Notes under the pieces: generated by a model
The model's input: only the letters and a program-made list of their open reading frames with translations
Database searches by the model: none
Told to the model about the DNA's origin: nothing
Position numbers and translations under genes: made by a program
Shown here: one piece after another, positions 12,030 through 25,661 of the stretch
Numbering within the stretch: position 1 is the first letter of the stretch
Layout of the letters: every line of letters begins with the position of its first letter
DNA from: Ruditapes philippinarum
Taxonomy: Eukaryota
Length of the DNA: 64,000 nucleotides
Direction of reading: 5' to 3'
Assembly: GCF_026571515.1 (NCBI RefSeq)
Contig: NW_026864453.1
Span: forward strand, 62,001-126,000

Positions 12030-13210
12030 AAAAGAGGGCCATGATGGCCCTAGATCGCTCACCTGACCCATCAAACTCATCCAAACAATTACCTAGACAA
12101 GCATTCTGACCAAGTCTCATGACAGGTGAGTCAAAAATGTGACCACTACAGTGTTAACAAGGATTATCCATATTTGAGCAGTGTGACCTAGTTTTTTACC
12201 CAGGTGACCCATATTCAAACTTGACCTAGAAATCATCAAAACAAACTTTCAGACCAATTTCCAGGATACTTGGATCAAAACAGTAGCAACTAGAGTGTTA
12301 ACAAGATTTTTCTATTTTTAGCTCCGGTGACCTAGTTTCACATGCGATTTCGAACTCATCCGAGCAATTACCTAGACAAGCATCCTGACCAAGTTTGATG
12401 ATAATTGAGTCGAAAATGTGACCACTAGAATGTTAACAAGGTTTTTCCATATTTGGGCGATGTGACCTAGTTTTTTATCCAAGATGACCAATGTTCTAAC
12501 TTGACTTAGAAATCATCAAAACAAACTTTCAGACCAATTCACAGGATATTTGGATCACAACAGTAGCCACTAGAGTGTTAACAAGATTTTTCTATTTTTA
12601 GATCCTGTGACCTAGTTTTTCATCCGAGATGACCCATGTTCGATGTACCGTAATCCCAGCAATGACCTAGACAAGTTTCCTGACCAAGTTTGATGACAAT
12701 TGAGTCAAAGTTGTGACCACTAGAGTGTTAACAAGGTTTTTCTATTTTTAGCTCCCGTGACCTACTTTTTCATCCGAGATGACCCATGTTCGAACTCATC
12801 CGAGCTATCACCTCCTAGACAAGCATCCTGACCAAGTTTGATGATGATTGATGCAAAAATGTGACCGCTAGTGTTAACAAGGTTTTTCTATTTTTAGCTC
12901 CTGTGACCTACTTTTTCATCCGAGATGACCCATGTTCGAACTCATCCGAGCTATCACCTAGACAAACATCCTGACCAAGTTTGATGATGATTGAGGCAAA
13001 AATGTGACCTCTAGAGTGTTAACAAGGATTTTCTATTTTTAGCTCTTGTGACCTAGTTTTTCCTCTGTGATGACCCATGTTCGAACTCAACCGAGCTATC
13101 AATTAGATAAGCATCCTGACCAAGTTTGATGATGATTGAGGCAAAAATGCGACCGCTAGAGTGTTAACAACAAAATGTGAACGGACGACGGACAATCATC
13201 GATCCTAAAA
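12030..13210 (-). mobile_element. Helentron/HINE-type element carrying about 8 tandem monomers of about 145 bp
   Basis: Terminus AAGAGGGCCATGATGGCCCT...TCGCTCACCTGA (reverse complement of 59189-59224), repeated GTGTTAACAAG...GTGACCTAG units, GGACGACGGAC microsatellite at the other, truncated end. Confidence 0.8.
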
Positions 13211-15059
13211 ATCCAAATATTTCTATTTAAAAGTAACAATTAATGACTTTTCAGTAATGTAAAATCATACATAATATAAACCTGTACTATATATTAGATC
13301 ATAATTTTGAATAATGATTTTTTATAATTGAATTGTACCTTTTAATTAATAAACAAATGAGAGCCCCGGGACATTAAATGGAAACAATACGGTATATAAA
13401 TTTCAATGTCATGTTATAATATTGGCCCTACCACTTTTTTATTACAGTACAGTGAAAAAAGAAACATTTGCTATTAATTTAATTTACAAAGTATATATTT
13501 CATGTACATATTTTCATTTATGAGTCAGTACCACTTAATCTATATCCTCATAATTTATGATGCTCCTTGTGTACTTTGCCATTGCTACAATATTTCATTT
13601 TAAATACATTTTTTCATCTAACAGTCACTCTTACTTATTGCTTTAAAACCACACAATGTAGCTATGAAACTGAAAGAAACTGAAAAGCAATAATTTTTGT
13701 ACTTTGGCCTTAATGACTGTTAACTGAACTGTCCCCAGATGTGTACATTTATATTATATAAAGTTAGTATACTGTGCATACAGTTATACAGTAAAATAAA
13801 ACACAAAATAATTCAATTTATAATTTTGGTAAGTAAACAGTTGTTAAATTGCTTAACTTTTTGCACTAATATTTGTCTAATATTGCTTTGATAAAATTTA
13901 ATTGTTTTGCTTCTTTATGAAGGTAGAAGGAAAAGTTTTATACAGGCACACACAATTTCTGGCACCTGGGTTGAATTACTGAACTTCCTTTTTTTTTTTT
14001 TTAAACTTGCTTTATTAGACAGTTTCATTTAAATCATAATTCAACCATTTGAAGCAAGAGATGTTTGTCAATTTATCACATTTAAGCATCTGTATTCTCT
14101 TTCCTATACTGAAAAATACATTGTACTAAGTATCTTGTTATTATTAGCATAAATTAAGAAGTTAATCTTCATATAAAATATATTGGAAGTCCATAACTTA
14201 ATACATTTTGTAATGATTATTTCAAAAGGTGGACCAGGAAAACTAAAGTGTGAAAGGAGAAGAAATTGAAGAAGAAGTGCCACACACTTAACATTCTTTA
14301 TAGATTCTGCCTTATAAATTATGAAAATATTTTTGGAATGTTTGGATACATGAAATTCTGTATTATATAAATGTTGATTCATAAATCCTGACAGTCAGTG
14401 CTGTTTCTATAATAAATTCTCCCAAACAATTAACCTTTGTTAGCGATTCTTCCCACAATTAAGACTGAAGAAAATCCACACAAATCCTGTCGCAAATGAA
14501 CCAAACTGAAATTTCCAGACAAACCCGTTCATTTATTGATTCATAAAACACTCAGTGAAGTCTCAAAACACAAGCTTATATAGAATTGTATATTGTTTTC
14601 GTTAGTAGCTTGATTGGGTTTTATCTTCTTTGAACATCAGTTTGTCTGTATTTGTTCTCGAGGGATTTTAGCCGCTTACACGTGACAGCTTTCTAGCTGT
14701 TTACCTTTGAAGAAAACATAAGGCGTCATTCACAGAATAATATCATGCAAAGCTGCCTTAAAAAAACCTTCCAATTTAAGGACAATGTGGTTATGATATA
14801 ATTGCTTTTTTATTCTCTTTTTAAAAAAACAAAACAAACATCTAATAATATAAGCAAATTCAGGCACAGTTTATAGTATTGGCCATTTTTTTTTTATTGC
14901 AATGATGCTGTACATGTACATAAATTTCCAAACAACTTATAATAAGTACTTTTCTCTCTGAATAGCTACTTCTGTTGACTGAAGATAATGAATGTGTCCT
15001 ATATACATGTAAGTTAACTTTTCTTTTTAGTACTGCTTTTCCTTTCACTTTGCATGTAA

Positions 15060-15302
15060 CGATGTTTGTTGTGGTTTTAACGCCGATACTGGTCACACCT
15101 TGGTATTCTGTCAACCTAGCCAGCTTTCCTGTATAACATACCAGAAATAACAAATTCCTTTGCATGTGATCAACTATCATTCTGCTTCTGAATCAACTCG
15201 GGTAAGAGACAAAATTAATTACTATCAGACTGACATTGTCCAAGATCAATAATTATTGTCACAGAGGAATTTTCTCTCACCTGAGGATTGAACCAGCCAC
15301 CT
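15060..15302 (-). mobile_element. Decayed SINE
   Basis: B-box-like GGTTCAATCC near 15290 and GGCGTTAAAACC(ACAA)n-like tail near 15065 on the minus strand. Confidence 0.45.
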
Positions 15303-15315
15303 GTTTCTAATATAA

Positions 15316-15543
15316 ATGAGCCTTATGTCATGACAAAACCAACATAATGGGTTTGCGACCAGCATGGATCCAGACCAGCCTGCGCATCCGCTGTTCGTGC
15401 TGTTCGCTATCAATTTCTCTATTTGTTATAGGGTTTGTAAGCGAACAGCATGGATCCTGATCAGACTGCGGGGATGCGCAGGCTGATCTGGATCCATGCT
15501 GGTCGCAAACCTATTATGTTGGTTTTGTCATGACGCAGCTCAA
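15316..15543. mobile_element. Palindromic MITE with arms of about 75 bp
   Basis: GTCATGACAAAACCAACATAATGGGTTTGCGACCAGCATGGATCCAGACCAGCCTGCGCATCC mirrored by GGATGCGCAGGCTGATCTGGATCCATGCTGGTCGCAAACCTATTATGTTGGTTTTGTCATGAC. Confidence 0.85.
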
Positions 15544-16563
15544 ATTTACATCAATCAAAGCTAACTAATGTCAAACAATCCATTCAAACACCACCAACTC
15601 ACAAACTTTATAATATCACTAACTTTCAGTTGCCTTAATTGCTCATATGGCTCAAATTTTCAATTAGACAAATTACCATATTCCCAAGTAAGCTTCTTTT
15701 AATATGTTAAAGTAACCTTTGATTCTAAATTCACATCACGAAAGTCCTTTGAGAATTTACCTTCTCAGTTTTATGATGCTTAAATTAATGTATTTTAGTG
15801 CACATTTAACAGGATTGAATTATATTACCTCGTTTAAGTAAAAGGTCGATAATTATCTTTATTGTGTACTAATTTGTGCATACTTTGTTAAGTTTTATGC
15901 AAGTATTGCATGCACAAATAGATAATACAAATGTGATCCAGAATGAAATTGCTGACGTAATTTCATTACATTAAGGTCAGATATATAGTTAAAATCTAAA
16001 GAGAATCTTGTATTTGACTTTCAAACTCTTAGCCTTCGTGTGACAACATTATATTCAGCCCATTTGGACCAAACTGTGCAGACAAGATGCACACAGCACA
16101 CAGAGCTCTAAATTTACCATTCGAAGAATCCTGACTCAGTAAAATCCAAAAACATGTTCAAAATCAAGATAATTTCATAAAACTTACAAAAGGTTAATAT
16201 GCAGATGACATAAACTGACATACATTTTATCTAAAATTTTCCATATGCTGTCTGACTTAAGGCTCTATAATGTTGACTGACCAACTTAGAAGTTTCATCT
16301 TGATATCTCCCAATAATGATTATTGACAGTTCCAAAAATAGAATCTGGACAAGTCCATTTAAGAAATTCAGCATTATAAGCTAAAGAACAATGATACAAC
16401 ATATACCAAGCTTGTAAAAACAATGTAAATGGTCATGATGAAAGTAAAAAAAGCTTTATTACTGTGTAAAATATGTAAAGTAAAAACCACAAAAACCACA
16501 ATAATAAGTTACATGTACAACACTCTTATAACAACAAAACAACAAAATAGTGGAAATTCTTAC

Positions 16564-16585
16564 CCATTCCATACCCGCTTGCCAT
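16564..16585 (-). CDS. Candidate alternative first coding exon of the minus-strand gene (MASGYGM + phase-1 G)
   Basis: Minus strand aattaATGGCAAGCGGGTATGGAATGG|GTAAGA; phase 1 fits the acceptors at 4690 and 1027. Confidence 0.4.
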
Positions 16586-17316
16586 TAATTATTCAAACAC
16601 TAAGATCTACTCAGTATCCTTAATTCCAATTAACACTAAGCAACTTTGAACAGTTCTTCGATGGACAAACAATATTGTAAATTTGGCACCATTGTTACAA
16701 TATACTTTACTAAAATGTTTTGTATTGTTCCATATGAACAAAAACTTTAAACATGTATCCAGCGTCCCTCCCTTCAGTGTGATCTACTCCAAATGAAAGC
16801 TTGCAAAAATACAGAAAAAGATGGATAAGGTCAAAAACAGCATGAATTTCACAATGCAGGAGGCAAGTTCTGCTAAAAGATTCATGATCCATTAAAAGCT
16901 AGCAAGCTCTACTTGCTAACAGTAAAAGAATCATTTTTAAATTCTATTTTCTTTTATAAGAACATGTTAATTTACAGTAGGTTTTCAAAAAGGAAGTCTG
17001 TTTTATAAAATTTCCTTCCCTCATAATTATACTTGAAAAGTTTAGCATTTAAAGTTCAAACTGACAACACAAAAACCATGTATGTTGTAGTATATACCAA
17101 CTATGCTATATACAGACTTCTCAAATGATTATGGTATACATCGTATGTAAATGGTACTCATAATGACAACAGCCGTCCGGTTAGCTAAATAGGCAAAGCA
17201 ATGGACAGTGAATAGGGGCGTCTCAGGTTCGATTCCCAAATGATGCAGATCACTTTCGATGTAATTGATCATAAAATCCTTTCTACGGTCAGTAAAAATT
17301 ACTAAAAAAAACCTAA

Positions 17317-18772
17317 ACTAGACCTATCACTGAAGGTGATTAATACCCCCACCAGCAACTTTGACTTTTTGAAAAATAAGTAGTCTGAAGAAAAATTTGA
17401 ACACAAACTATCAACTGTGTACAAAGAAATATTTCAATTAATTGTAATCCCTACTGGGGTCTCTAAATAAGCTTGCTTTTCACAAAGTTTGAATACAAGA
17501 TCTCATTTCTAACTCTAGTTATTATCCGGAAACCATTTTTCTATTTTTAGTAACACTGTAACAGTGACCTTGACCCTAGGGGGTCCAAATGCAATACCAA
17601 CCAAGGTCTTCATATAAGCTTGCTATACACCAAATTTGATTACAATATCTCATTCCTAACTCAAGTTATTGTCAGAAAACCATTTTTCTATTTTTAGTAA
17701 CAGTGACCTTGACCCCATTGGGCCCAAATGCAATACCAACCCAGGTCTTCATATCAGCTTGCTATACCCCAAGTTTGATAACAATATCTCATTCCTAACT
17801 CTAGTTATTGTCCGGAGATTTTTCTATTTTTAGTAACAGTGACCTTGACCCCAGGGGGTCCAAATGCAATACCAACCCAGGTCATTATATAAGCTTGCTA
17901 TACACCAAGTTTGATAACAATATCTCATTCCTAACTTTAGTTATTGTCCGGAAACCATTAAATAACAGTGACCTTGACCTTGACCCCAGGGGGTCCAAAT
18001 GCAATACCAACCCAGGTCTTCATATAAGCTTGCTATACACCAAGTTTGATAACAATATCTCATTCCTAACTCTAGTTATTGTCCGGAAACCATTTTTCTA
18101 TTTTTAGTAACGGTGACCTTGACCTTGACCCCAGGGGGTCCAAATGCAATACCAAGCCAGGTCTTAATGTAAGCTTGCTATACACCAAGTTTGATAACAA
18201 TATCTCATTCCTAACTCTAGTTATTGTCCGGAAACCATTTTTCTATTTTTAGTAACGGTGACTTTGACCTTGACCCCAGGGGGTCCAAATGCAATACCAA
18301 CGCAGGTCTTTATATTTAAGCTTTCTATACGCCAAGTTTGATAACAATATCTCATTCCTAGCTCTAGTTATTGTCTGGAAACCATTTTTCTATTTTTAGT
18401 AACGGTGACCTTGACCTTGACCCCAGGGGGTCCAAATGCAATATCAACCCAGGTCTTCATATAAGCTTGCTATACACCAAGTTTGATAACAATATCTCAT
18501 TCCTAACTCTAGTTATTGTCCGGAAACCATTTTTCTATTTTTAGTAACGGTGACCTTGACCTTGACCCCAGGGGGTCCAAATGCAATACCAACCGGAGTT
18601 TTCACATAAGGTTGCTATATACCAAGTTTGATTACAATACCTCATTCCAAACTCTAGTTATCGTCGGGAAACCATGATGTGGACCGACCGACGGACGGAC
18701 GGACCGACCGACCAACCGACCGACCGACAAGCTGACTCCTATATACCCCCCCTAAACTTCGTTTGTGGGGGT
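17317..18772 (-). mobile_element. Helentron/HINE-type element with about 8 tandem monomers of 135-147 bp
   Basis: Hairpin ATCACTGAAGGTGAT, inverted subterminal TACCCCCAC / GTGGGGGTA, (GACC/GACG)n microsatellite near 18680-18730, repeated GTGACCTTGACCCCAGGGGGTCCAAATGCAATACC core. Confidence 0.8.
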
Positions 18773-21160
18773 AATAATAATAATAATAATAATAATAAAC
18801 TCTTTATTTAACGAAGGTAACTTATTAAGACAATACATCAAAGCATTAGATACAACACATATAATGCAAAATCTTATTTTCAACAAGGCCTTCAATAAAA
18901 CATAAACATAACAACGGACATATTAAAGCTATTGTAAAGATTACAACATTCAGTAAATCTTAACCAACAAAGAAGACGGATATAATAATATATTATAGTA
19001 TAGGTATATTGTCTATAATTCATTTTTTGATAATAATAAATACTTGAAATGTGATTTAAACAATATAAGACTTGTAGAATTTCTTATTTCTTAAGGAATA
19101 GACTAAGTGTTCCATAACTCCATACTAGAATAATAAAAGTACGTTTCAAATAATTTGTTTTGGGTTGTTTATGCATAATATCTTTTTTTATGTGTTGATC
19201 TTAGTAAGTAAGTTTTATTTTGAGATAACGGAATTAGATTAGAAATATATGCTGGCGTTAATTCATTCATCGCTTTATATACCATAATTCCAGAAAGTAT
19301 TTACATCTAGATGGAAAAGATAACCATTTCATACTTTGAAACATATCAAAAGAATTTGTTTTTACGGGTTTATTTAAAATAATTCTAGCGGTTTCTTTTT
19401 TGTAATTTTGTTATTCTATTTAGATCTGATTTGTTACATTGGACCAAATAATACATCCATAATCAAAAGTAGGGGCAATGTAAGCGTTATAAAATAATTG
19501 TTTCATTTCAGGTGTAAGAAATATTTGAATTCTTTTCAGCAGAGATATTTTAGAAGCAAGCTTAGAACATGTTTTGTCAATATGTGTTTTCCAAGATAGA
19601 CAGTTATCAATATGCAATCCAAGTAGCTTTTGACAATGAACATTATTTATACTCGAATTCTCAATATGCAGAGAAAGATTGCCTATGTTATTTATTTTAC
19701 ATTTTGATCCAATTATCATGCACGTGGTCTTTTCTGGATTTATGGCCATATTATTGAGAGTGCACCATTCCTGTATTTTTTGTAAGTCTACCTGCAAGTC
19801 AGACTGTATATTACTCAAAACTTTGGCAGCTATGTGTAATGTTGAATCGTCTGCATACATATCAATGTCTGAATTCGTAGTGACTGACATATCATTTACA
19901 TAATTATAAAAGAAACAGTATAGGGCCTAAGATTGAGCCTTGTGGTACACCTGATATAACCGGCAAGCTTTGAGATTTATTATTGTTCATTTTAATTTAC
20001 AATTTGCTCTCTGTTAGAGAGATACAGGACTGGAAAAGTTGTACAGAGTTTTTTTTAAAAAAAGATAATAAAGTTATACTGTATGAATCAGTATATTATG
20101 GTCAACTAAATCAAAGGTCTTTTATTTAATCTAAAAATACAGCACCTTTATCAATTTCCCATCATTAATATTCGTAAGCCAAGCATCTATAAGGCGGACA
20201 AAAACCGTTTGATAAGAATGATGTCTCGGAAACCTGACTGGTGTTCATTAATAAAGATAATATTTTTGAAATGGTTGGGAGAAAAGATATTGGTCTATAA
20301 TAATTGGGGCTTGACTTATCTCCCCCTTTGTGTAAAGGTATAACACGTGCTAGTTTTAGTTTATCTGTGAAATACTGTTATTAATTATTGACGTTATGGC
20401 TCTCGTTATAGAGTCTTTACATAGTTTAACATATTAGGACAAATTTCATCAATGCCAGAAGATTTATTTTTATTAAGGTTGTCCAATATGTCTGGTTGCT
20501 TCAAATGTGGTTATGAAATCAATGCCAAATTGCTTATGTTTAAGTTTATGATCTAGAAAATCTTTTAAATAAGAACAATTGTTAACATTAAAATAAGATT
20601 TCTTAATTAGTTTTGAAATTTCCGCAAAACGTTTATTCAGGGCATTTGCAACATTCACATTTCCTTCAAAAAGAACATCATTAATGTTTAATGTGATTGG
20701 TAAAGACAGTTGCTGCTTATTCTCATTTGATATGTCTTTTAAATTTTGCCATAAATATTTACAATCTCTCGAATCTTCAACTGCCTTGTTATAGAACATC
20801 TTCTTACTCTTTTTAATAATAGCCTGGCATTTATTTCTCCATAACTTATAATTAATCCAGTCTTTACAACCTTTATAGTGATCTCTTTTATTGCGGGCCT
20901 CTTTAATTTCGTCAGAGTACCAATCTGGTTGTTTAGTCCTTTTAATACGCTTTACTTTTACAGGCGCATGTTTGTTAAATAATGTTTCAATCATATTGTA
21001 TAGAACATCAAGTGAGTTATTTGGCTCTGCAATAGTTTCAATCATATCAAAATTATTAGCATTCAAATCATCTTTAAATACTTGTTCATTAAAATTCTTG
21101 AAAGAACGATAATTTATCGTTTTATGCGAGAAAGCATTTGCCTCCCTTCTTGTAACACAA
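18773..21160 (-). mobile_element. 5'-truncated, frameshifted CR1/L2-clade LINE (ORF2 reverse transcriptase remnant)
   Basis: ORF fragments with TINYRSFKNFNEQVF...HAPVKVKRIK...PDW, KTFDLVDH, SGVPQGSILGP, MYADDSTL and KLLGLHIDNCLSWKTHI; AATAAA followed by a (TTA)n tail at about 18773-18810. Confidence 0.92.
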
Positions 21161-21945
21161 TTTATTGTAAACGACAATGTATAAAAACATGAAACACATA
21201 ATAATGGAAAAAAAAATTGATTTGTATGTAAGATCAAATTATATATCACTAATGAACACTAGCTATGCCTCTCATGAAAACATTATCTCTGGTGCTCACT
21301 CTGTGAAATAACTCTTAGGTCAAATCAAAATAATCTTGGTGCAAAATGGATTAACTTTTTTACATGTTTTATAAATGTAAACAAATATCGTGATCTTGAG
21401 ATCCAGTCATTTTTATGTCATTTCAATCCACCAAATCAGACAAAAACTATGTTCCACATAAATAAATCAATTTTAATTTTTGTTACCACATTATTCCTGA
21501 TCAAGCTTTTGCATTTAATGCAAACTTGCTTGCAAGACCCACTGTGCACACTACACTACACTTCTTACTCCATGAATGAATAACAGCCACATAAACTAGT
21601 GTTTTGTTGGACCATTAAGACATCTGCTAACAAAGGCAGAAGGGCCCAAGAGAATCCAAGAGTATGTGATTAGAAATAAATCACAGAGGTTGTCGTTGTC
21701 ATGAAAAACTTTTTTCTCTCTCAGAAGCAGGCACTGTTAAAAGAAATTCTATGAAACTTGATACCAAATCTCCTAAATGACAAATAATATTAGGAAACAA
21801 TTGATATCATAGGCCATTCATTTACTAATGAGTAAATGTTGTCTTGGGACAAGAAAACAGTTTCCATATTCTCTGATCTAACAGAGATATAGATATTTGG
21901 CATTCTCGCTTTGATGTTGAAGATGAATATCATGGTCCATATATA

Positions 21946-22030
21946 ATTTGTCACCTTAGTGCAATAACAGGTTAAGTCCTTCTAAGTTTAACAGGAGTAA
22001 ACCCGTTATTGCACTTAGGTGATAACAAAT
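21946..22030. repeat. Small hairpin element of about 85 bp
   Basis: TCACCTTAGTGCAATAAC ... GTTATTGCACTTAGGTGA; a split relative lies at 50468-50512 / 51399-51430. Confidence 0.7.
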
Positions 22031-23449
22031 ATATAATTTATATACACAACATAAATATATACAAAATTGTCCTATATATACATTTTATAACAGTTGAACA
22101 GCAATAAGCTAAAAGCTATACAATATTATGCTGGTGCCGTGATAATGGACTGAAATTCTGCAAAACAAAGCACACTGTATAATATTAAAAATATCATAAA
22201 TAATCATTTTTACATTAAAAAATAACTTCGATCACATTTTAAAAAAGCACTACTTCTCTTTTATTACCTTTAAATGCTTTTTCCATTTACTAATATGTCT
22301 TTAAAGTGGGCTTTATTTTCCATTTTTGTCATGTCTTACTGTCTGACAGCCTTTCAGGTTTCTAATTTACTTAACTTATCATTTGAAATCCAAGAAGAAT
22401 ATTTAATAAAGCATTTAATACATGTAACATATTCATAAGATTTAATTTTGTAATATTTTTAGATTTTATTAAGTTAACTGTAATTTGGTCATCTTTTAGT
22501 AACCAGTTAGTATATAGGGGATTCTGTAACCTGGTCATTTACATTTTTGGTGGGTTTTTTTTCAAATTAATCTTTTGAAACAAGTTGATTGGTATTAAAT
22601 AGACATGTATAATAATCAACGCCATTGTCAAGAAATAATATCAAAAGGACTAAGTTAAATGATATTAAGCTATATCTTTTGAAATATTTATAACAGTGAA
22701 ATCGTATTGTTTTCATAATCGCATGATCGATTCTCAAAAGAGTTGTAATATAAAATGTCTCTGCAATTAAATACATAAGAATTTTGTACTTAATAAAATG
22801 TTCCTGAACAAAATATTATCCTTCCATTTTAAGTAGGGTTTTATCTGTTAAGCAATGATTTCTTTCATGTGCTATTCACTTTTAAAGCAATTTACTACCA
22901 TTAATGCAAGCATTTTTCATTCTTTTTTTTAAATTAAACATTTTTTTGCAACAAATATATAACTTTATAAACTTTGAAAGTCATTAATACCTGCCTTTGG
23001 TCTCCACAAAGACACTTGCCGTGTGAGGCAAAAAATGCCTTAGAATTTATATCAACTGTATACATGCAGGTAATTTATTTGTCAATCTCAGAACATAAAC
23101 TTATCATTTATGGTTCATATATCATCGACATTGAAATATGATTTCTTTTTTAAAACAGCTTATATTAGGTTTTATTGATATATATGATATTTATATTATT
23201 CAAGTTCATATTTCTGATAAAAAATTCACAATCCTTACCAATTTAGTGTATGATAATATCCTTTTTTCTTATTTTCTATTACATGTATAATGATATTTCA
23301 TTTCATAATGTGTTGATGGTCATCATAATTATTATGTATTCTGTTAAAACAGCATGCCTCCAGATGAGCCAAAATATTTCAAGATAACCAAAGTTGAGAA
23401 AGATGTATTTAAAGATTTTAAGAAAAGTAAAAAAATTCAAGTAATCACG

Positions 23450-24486
23450 ATTTTTTAAAGTTTTATGGGCTTCGTAGCGGTAGTCTAGTCGACTCGGTCA
23501 GATTTTTTACAAGACTCTTCTTCACGCGAATCGGCATTTTCAACAAGTTTAGATATGGATGCTTCAATTTCACCAGTATCTTTTTCAGATGTTAACTGGC
23601 ATACCGAAAAGAATTCTTATATTTTACATTTCGGCATTTTGACAGCAATTGTCTGCTCAACAACGGAATATTAAAATATTAAATATTGACAAATACTATT
23701 AAAGTACACACGCCAGATGACAAGGCCGGCTGCTACATGCGATTTAGTAAGTATTTTAGTCATTACCCCTAGTGTAAACAAACATGGCAGAAGCGTTCAA
23801 GATAAGATAAAGGTTCACTGAATTAAGTTGAAAAGATTGTCTGATGCGCGACTTGGCGTGCATTGACTTTTAATATTAAAATAAGGGCTGGGGCGATTAT
23901 CCGAGTACTCCGATAATCATGAATCAAAATGAAAAATCTAGTACGAATATTTGTCAGTCCAGAGATCGTGGATCTTATTTGTTTATTACACATTCGCTGT
24001 TTCTCACATTTTAAAAGTAAAAAAAAATGAGTATGAATTATATGGAAGCTCCTGGATTCTGATGATTTGGTATGCCCTAAAATCAATTTCCTGGACTCTA
24101 AATTTGACTTCCTTGGTTGCCTTTAAAGCCATTCAGAGACACTTTAGTTGAACTTCAGGTTTTCATCAGCCCTCAAAACAAATATCCGACATTTTGACGC
24201 ATTTTAACAACAGACAAGAGCGACAATTTAAACTGTAATTTGATTGGTTATTCTAAAATAGAATGCCGGAAAAGACCTGATTTGACCAATGAGAAAAGCG
24301 CTTACAGACGTACCATAGGCGGCTAGCGTAACGATAAAAGCCGAATGCGTGCCGGTTTTTGGGTACTGTATAAAATATGACGAATGAATTTATTGTCTTT
24401 GTCGAATTTACATCGATCTCAAAAATGACCCAGAAGCTCACGAAATCCGCGGATTTCTGCGAATCCGTGGAAAATCGGCAGCCCTG
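23450..24486 (-). mobile_element. Remnant of a hAT-like DNA transposon end with decayed N-terminal coding sequence
   Basis: Minus-strand start CAGGGCTGCCGATTTTCCACGGATTCGC with repeated CGGA subterminal motifs; CpG-rich; stop-interrupted MPKCKI*EFFSV... reading at about 23637-23460. Confidence 0.45.
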
Positions 24487-24879
24487 TGTTAAATGCTAAA
24501 ATAAGGCTATGTTTAGAACTCTGCTTATTTCCTGACCTATCAACAGCAAGGAAAATTCATCAGTTTTAAGAAAAAATTGTTTCACTATTTATCACTCTAT
24601 TCAGTTTGCACGTTTAACTCGTTTACAGTGCGACTCTGGGACACCGTAATGTTTTCAAGGCTAAATGTTTTAACTGTTAAACGGAGGAAGAGGAAAAACA
24701 ACTTTGTGGAAAACTGAAAACTGGAAAACATCGATGAAGGCCGTTCTGTGAAGGCTGTGACTGGAACCTGTAAAGAACCGTTTGAAATTATTCTAAGAAA
24801 ATAAAACTAGAATAACTTAATTCTCAGATCATGTTCAAAATAAAAACATGTATCTGTTAAATAAGATATTGTCACATAC

Positions 24880-24973
24880 CAAAGTTGACAGATTCTTGTT
24901 TCCTGATTTCATCTAATGTTACCTCCAACTGAAGAGTATCGACCGGTTTGGATAAATTCTGTACTAAGCCGTT
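24880..24973 (-). CDS. Candidate upstream coding exon of the minus-strand gene (NGLVQNLSKPVDTLQLEVTLDEIRKQESVNF)
   Basis: Tandem acceptor ctctaCAGTAG and donor TTTG|GTATGT in phase 1; matching upstream donor not found and an alternative frame/donor exists. Confidence 0.3.
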
Positions 24974-25661
24974 CTACTGTAGAGGTCAAACAACACCACT
25001 ATGGCAATTATTGGTCTGAATAGTAATGTGAAATTAACGATATCTTCAAATATTGTGAAAATAAAAGTACATACAAATCAATTTACACAATGTAAAGTCT
25101 CAAGTAAAAAAAGAGATTAAAATATGTCTAAATAAAATAGATAATACCGTTTTCTAGCTATACCAAATCAAAGTTGCTAAACTGCTACAGCATTCATGAC
25201 CAATATAGATATAAATTACTTCCCTTTAAGCAATTAGATTCCATAATTTTTATTTCATTATTGTTTATATCCATATATACTTTATTTTGTAAACTCAAAA
25301 AATAAAAACATGAAATACTTCTCAAAGACTTGATCTAAAAATGTGGTTGATATATATACATGTACATGTGTAGGGAACAGTTGATCATGTAGATTTGAAA
25401 TGCCTGGGACAATAAAATTTAATGTTAATTATAAGACTAAATAGTATCAATAATAATACTAAAAATAATAATAATAATAATAATTATAATTATAATAATA
25501 CCTCGTGATGTCTATAGATTCAAGCATCAAGTTGTATCTTCGATGGAGATTTTTTTTAAAAAAATCCCCTTATAAAACGTGATAAATGTTCCTGTTGCAG
25601 TGTTGAAACAGCGTCTTTTAAATAGAATAATTTATTAAAGACCCTGATTGAAATAAAAATA

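Noticed and set aside
14104-14382. 92-aa minus-strand ORF
   Set aside because: Composition typical of AT-rich non-coding DNA, no homology recognised and no good phase-compatible donor
17808-18107. 99-aa repetitive ORF
   Set aside because: Lies within satellite monomers of a HINE element
22991-23055. Possible minus-strand exon (DINSKAFFASHGKCLCGDQRQ)
   Set aside because: Weak acceptor, and its phase-0 end does not fit the phase-1 downstream exons
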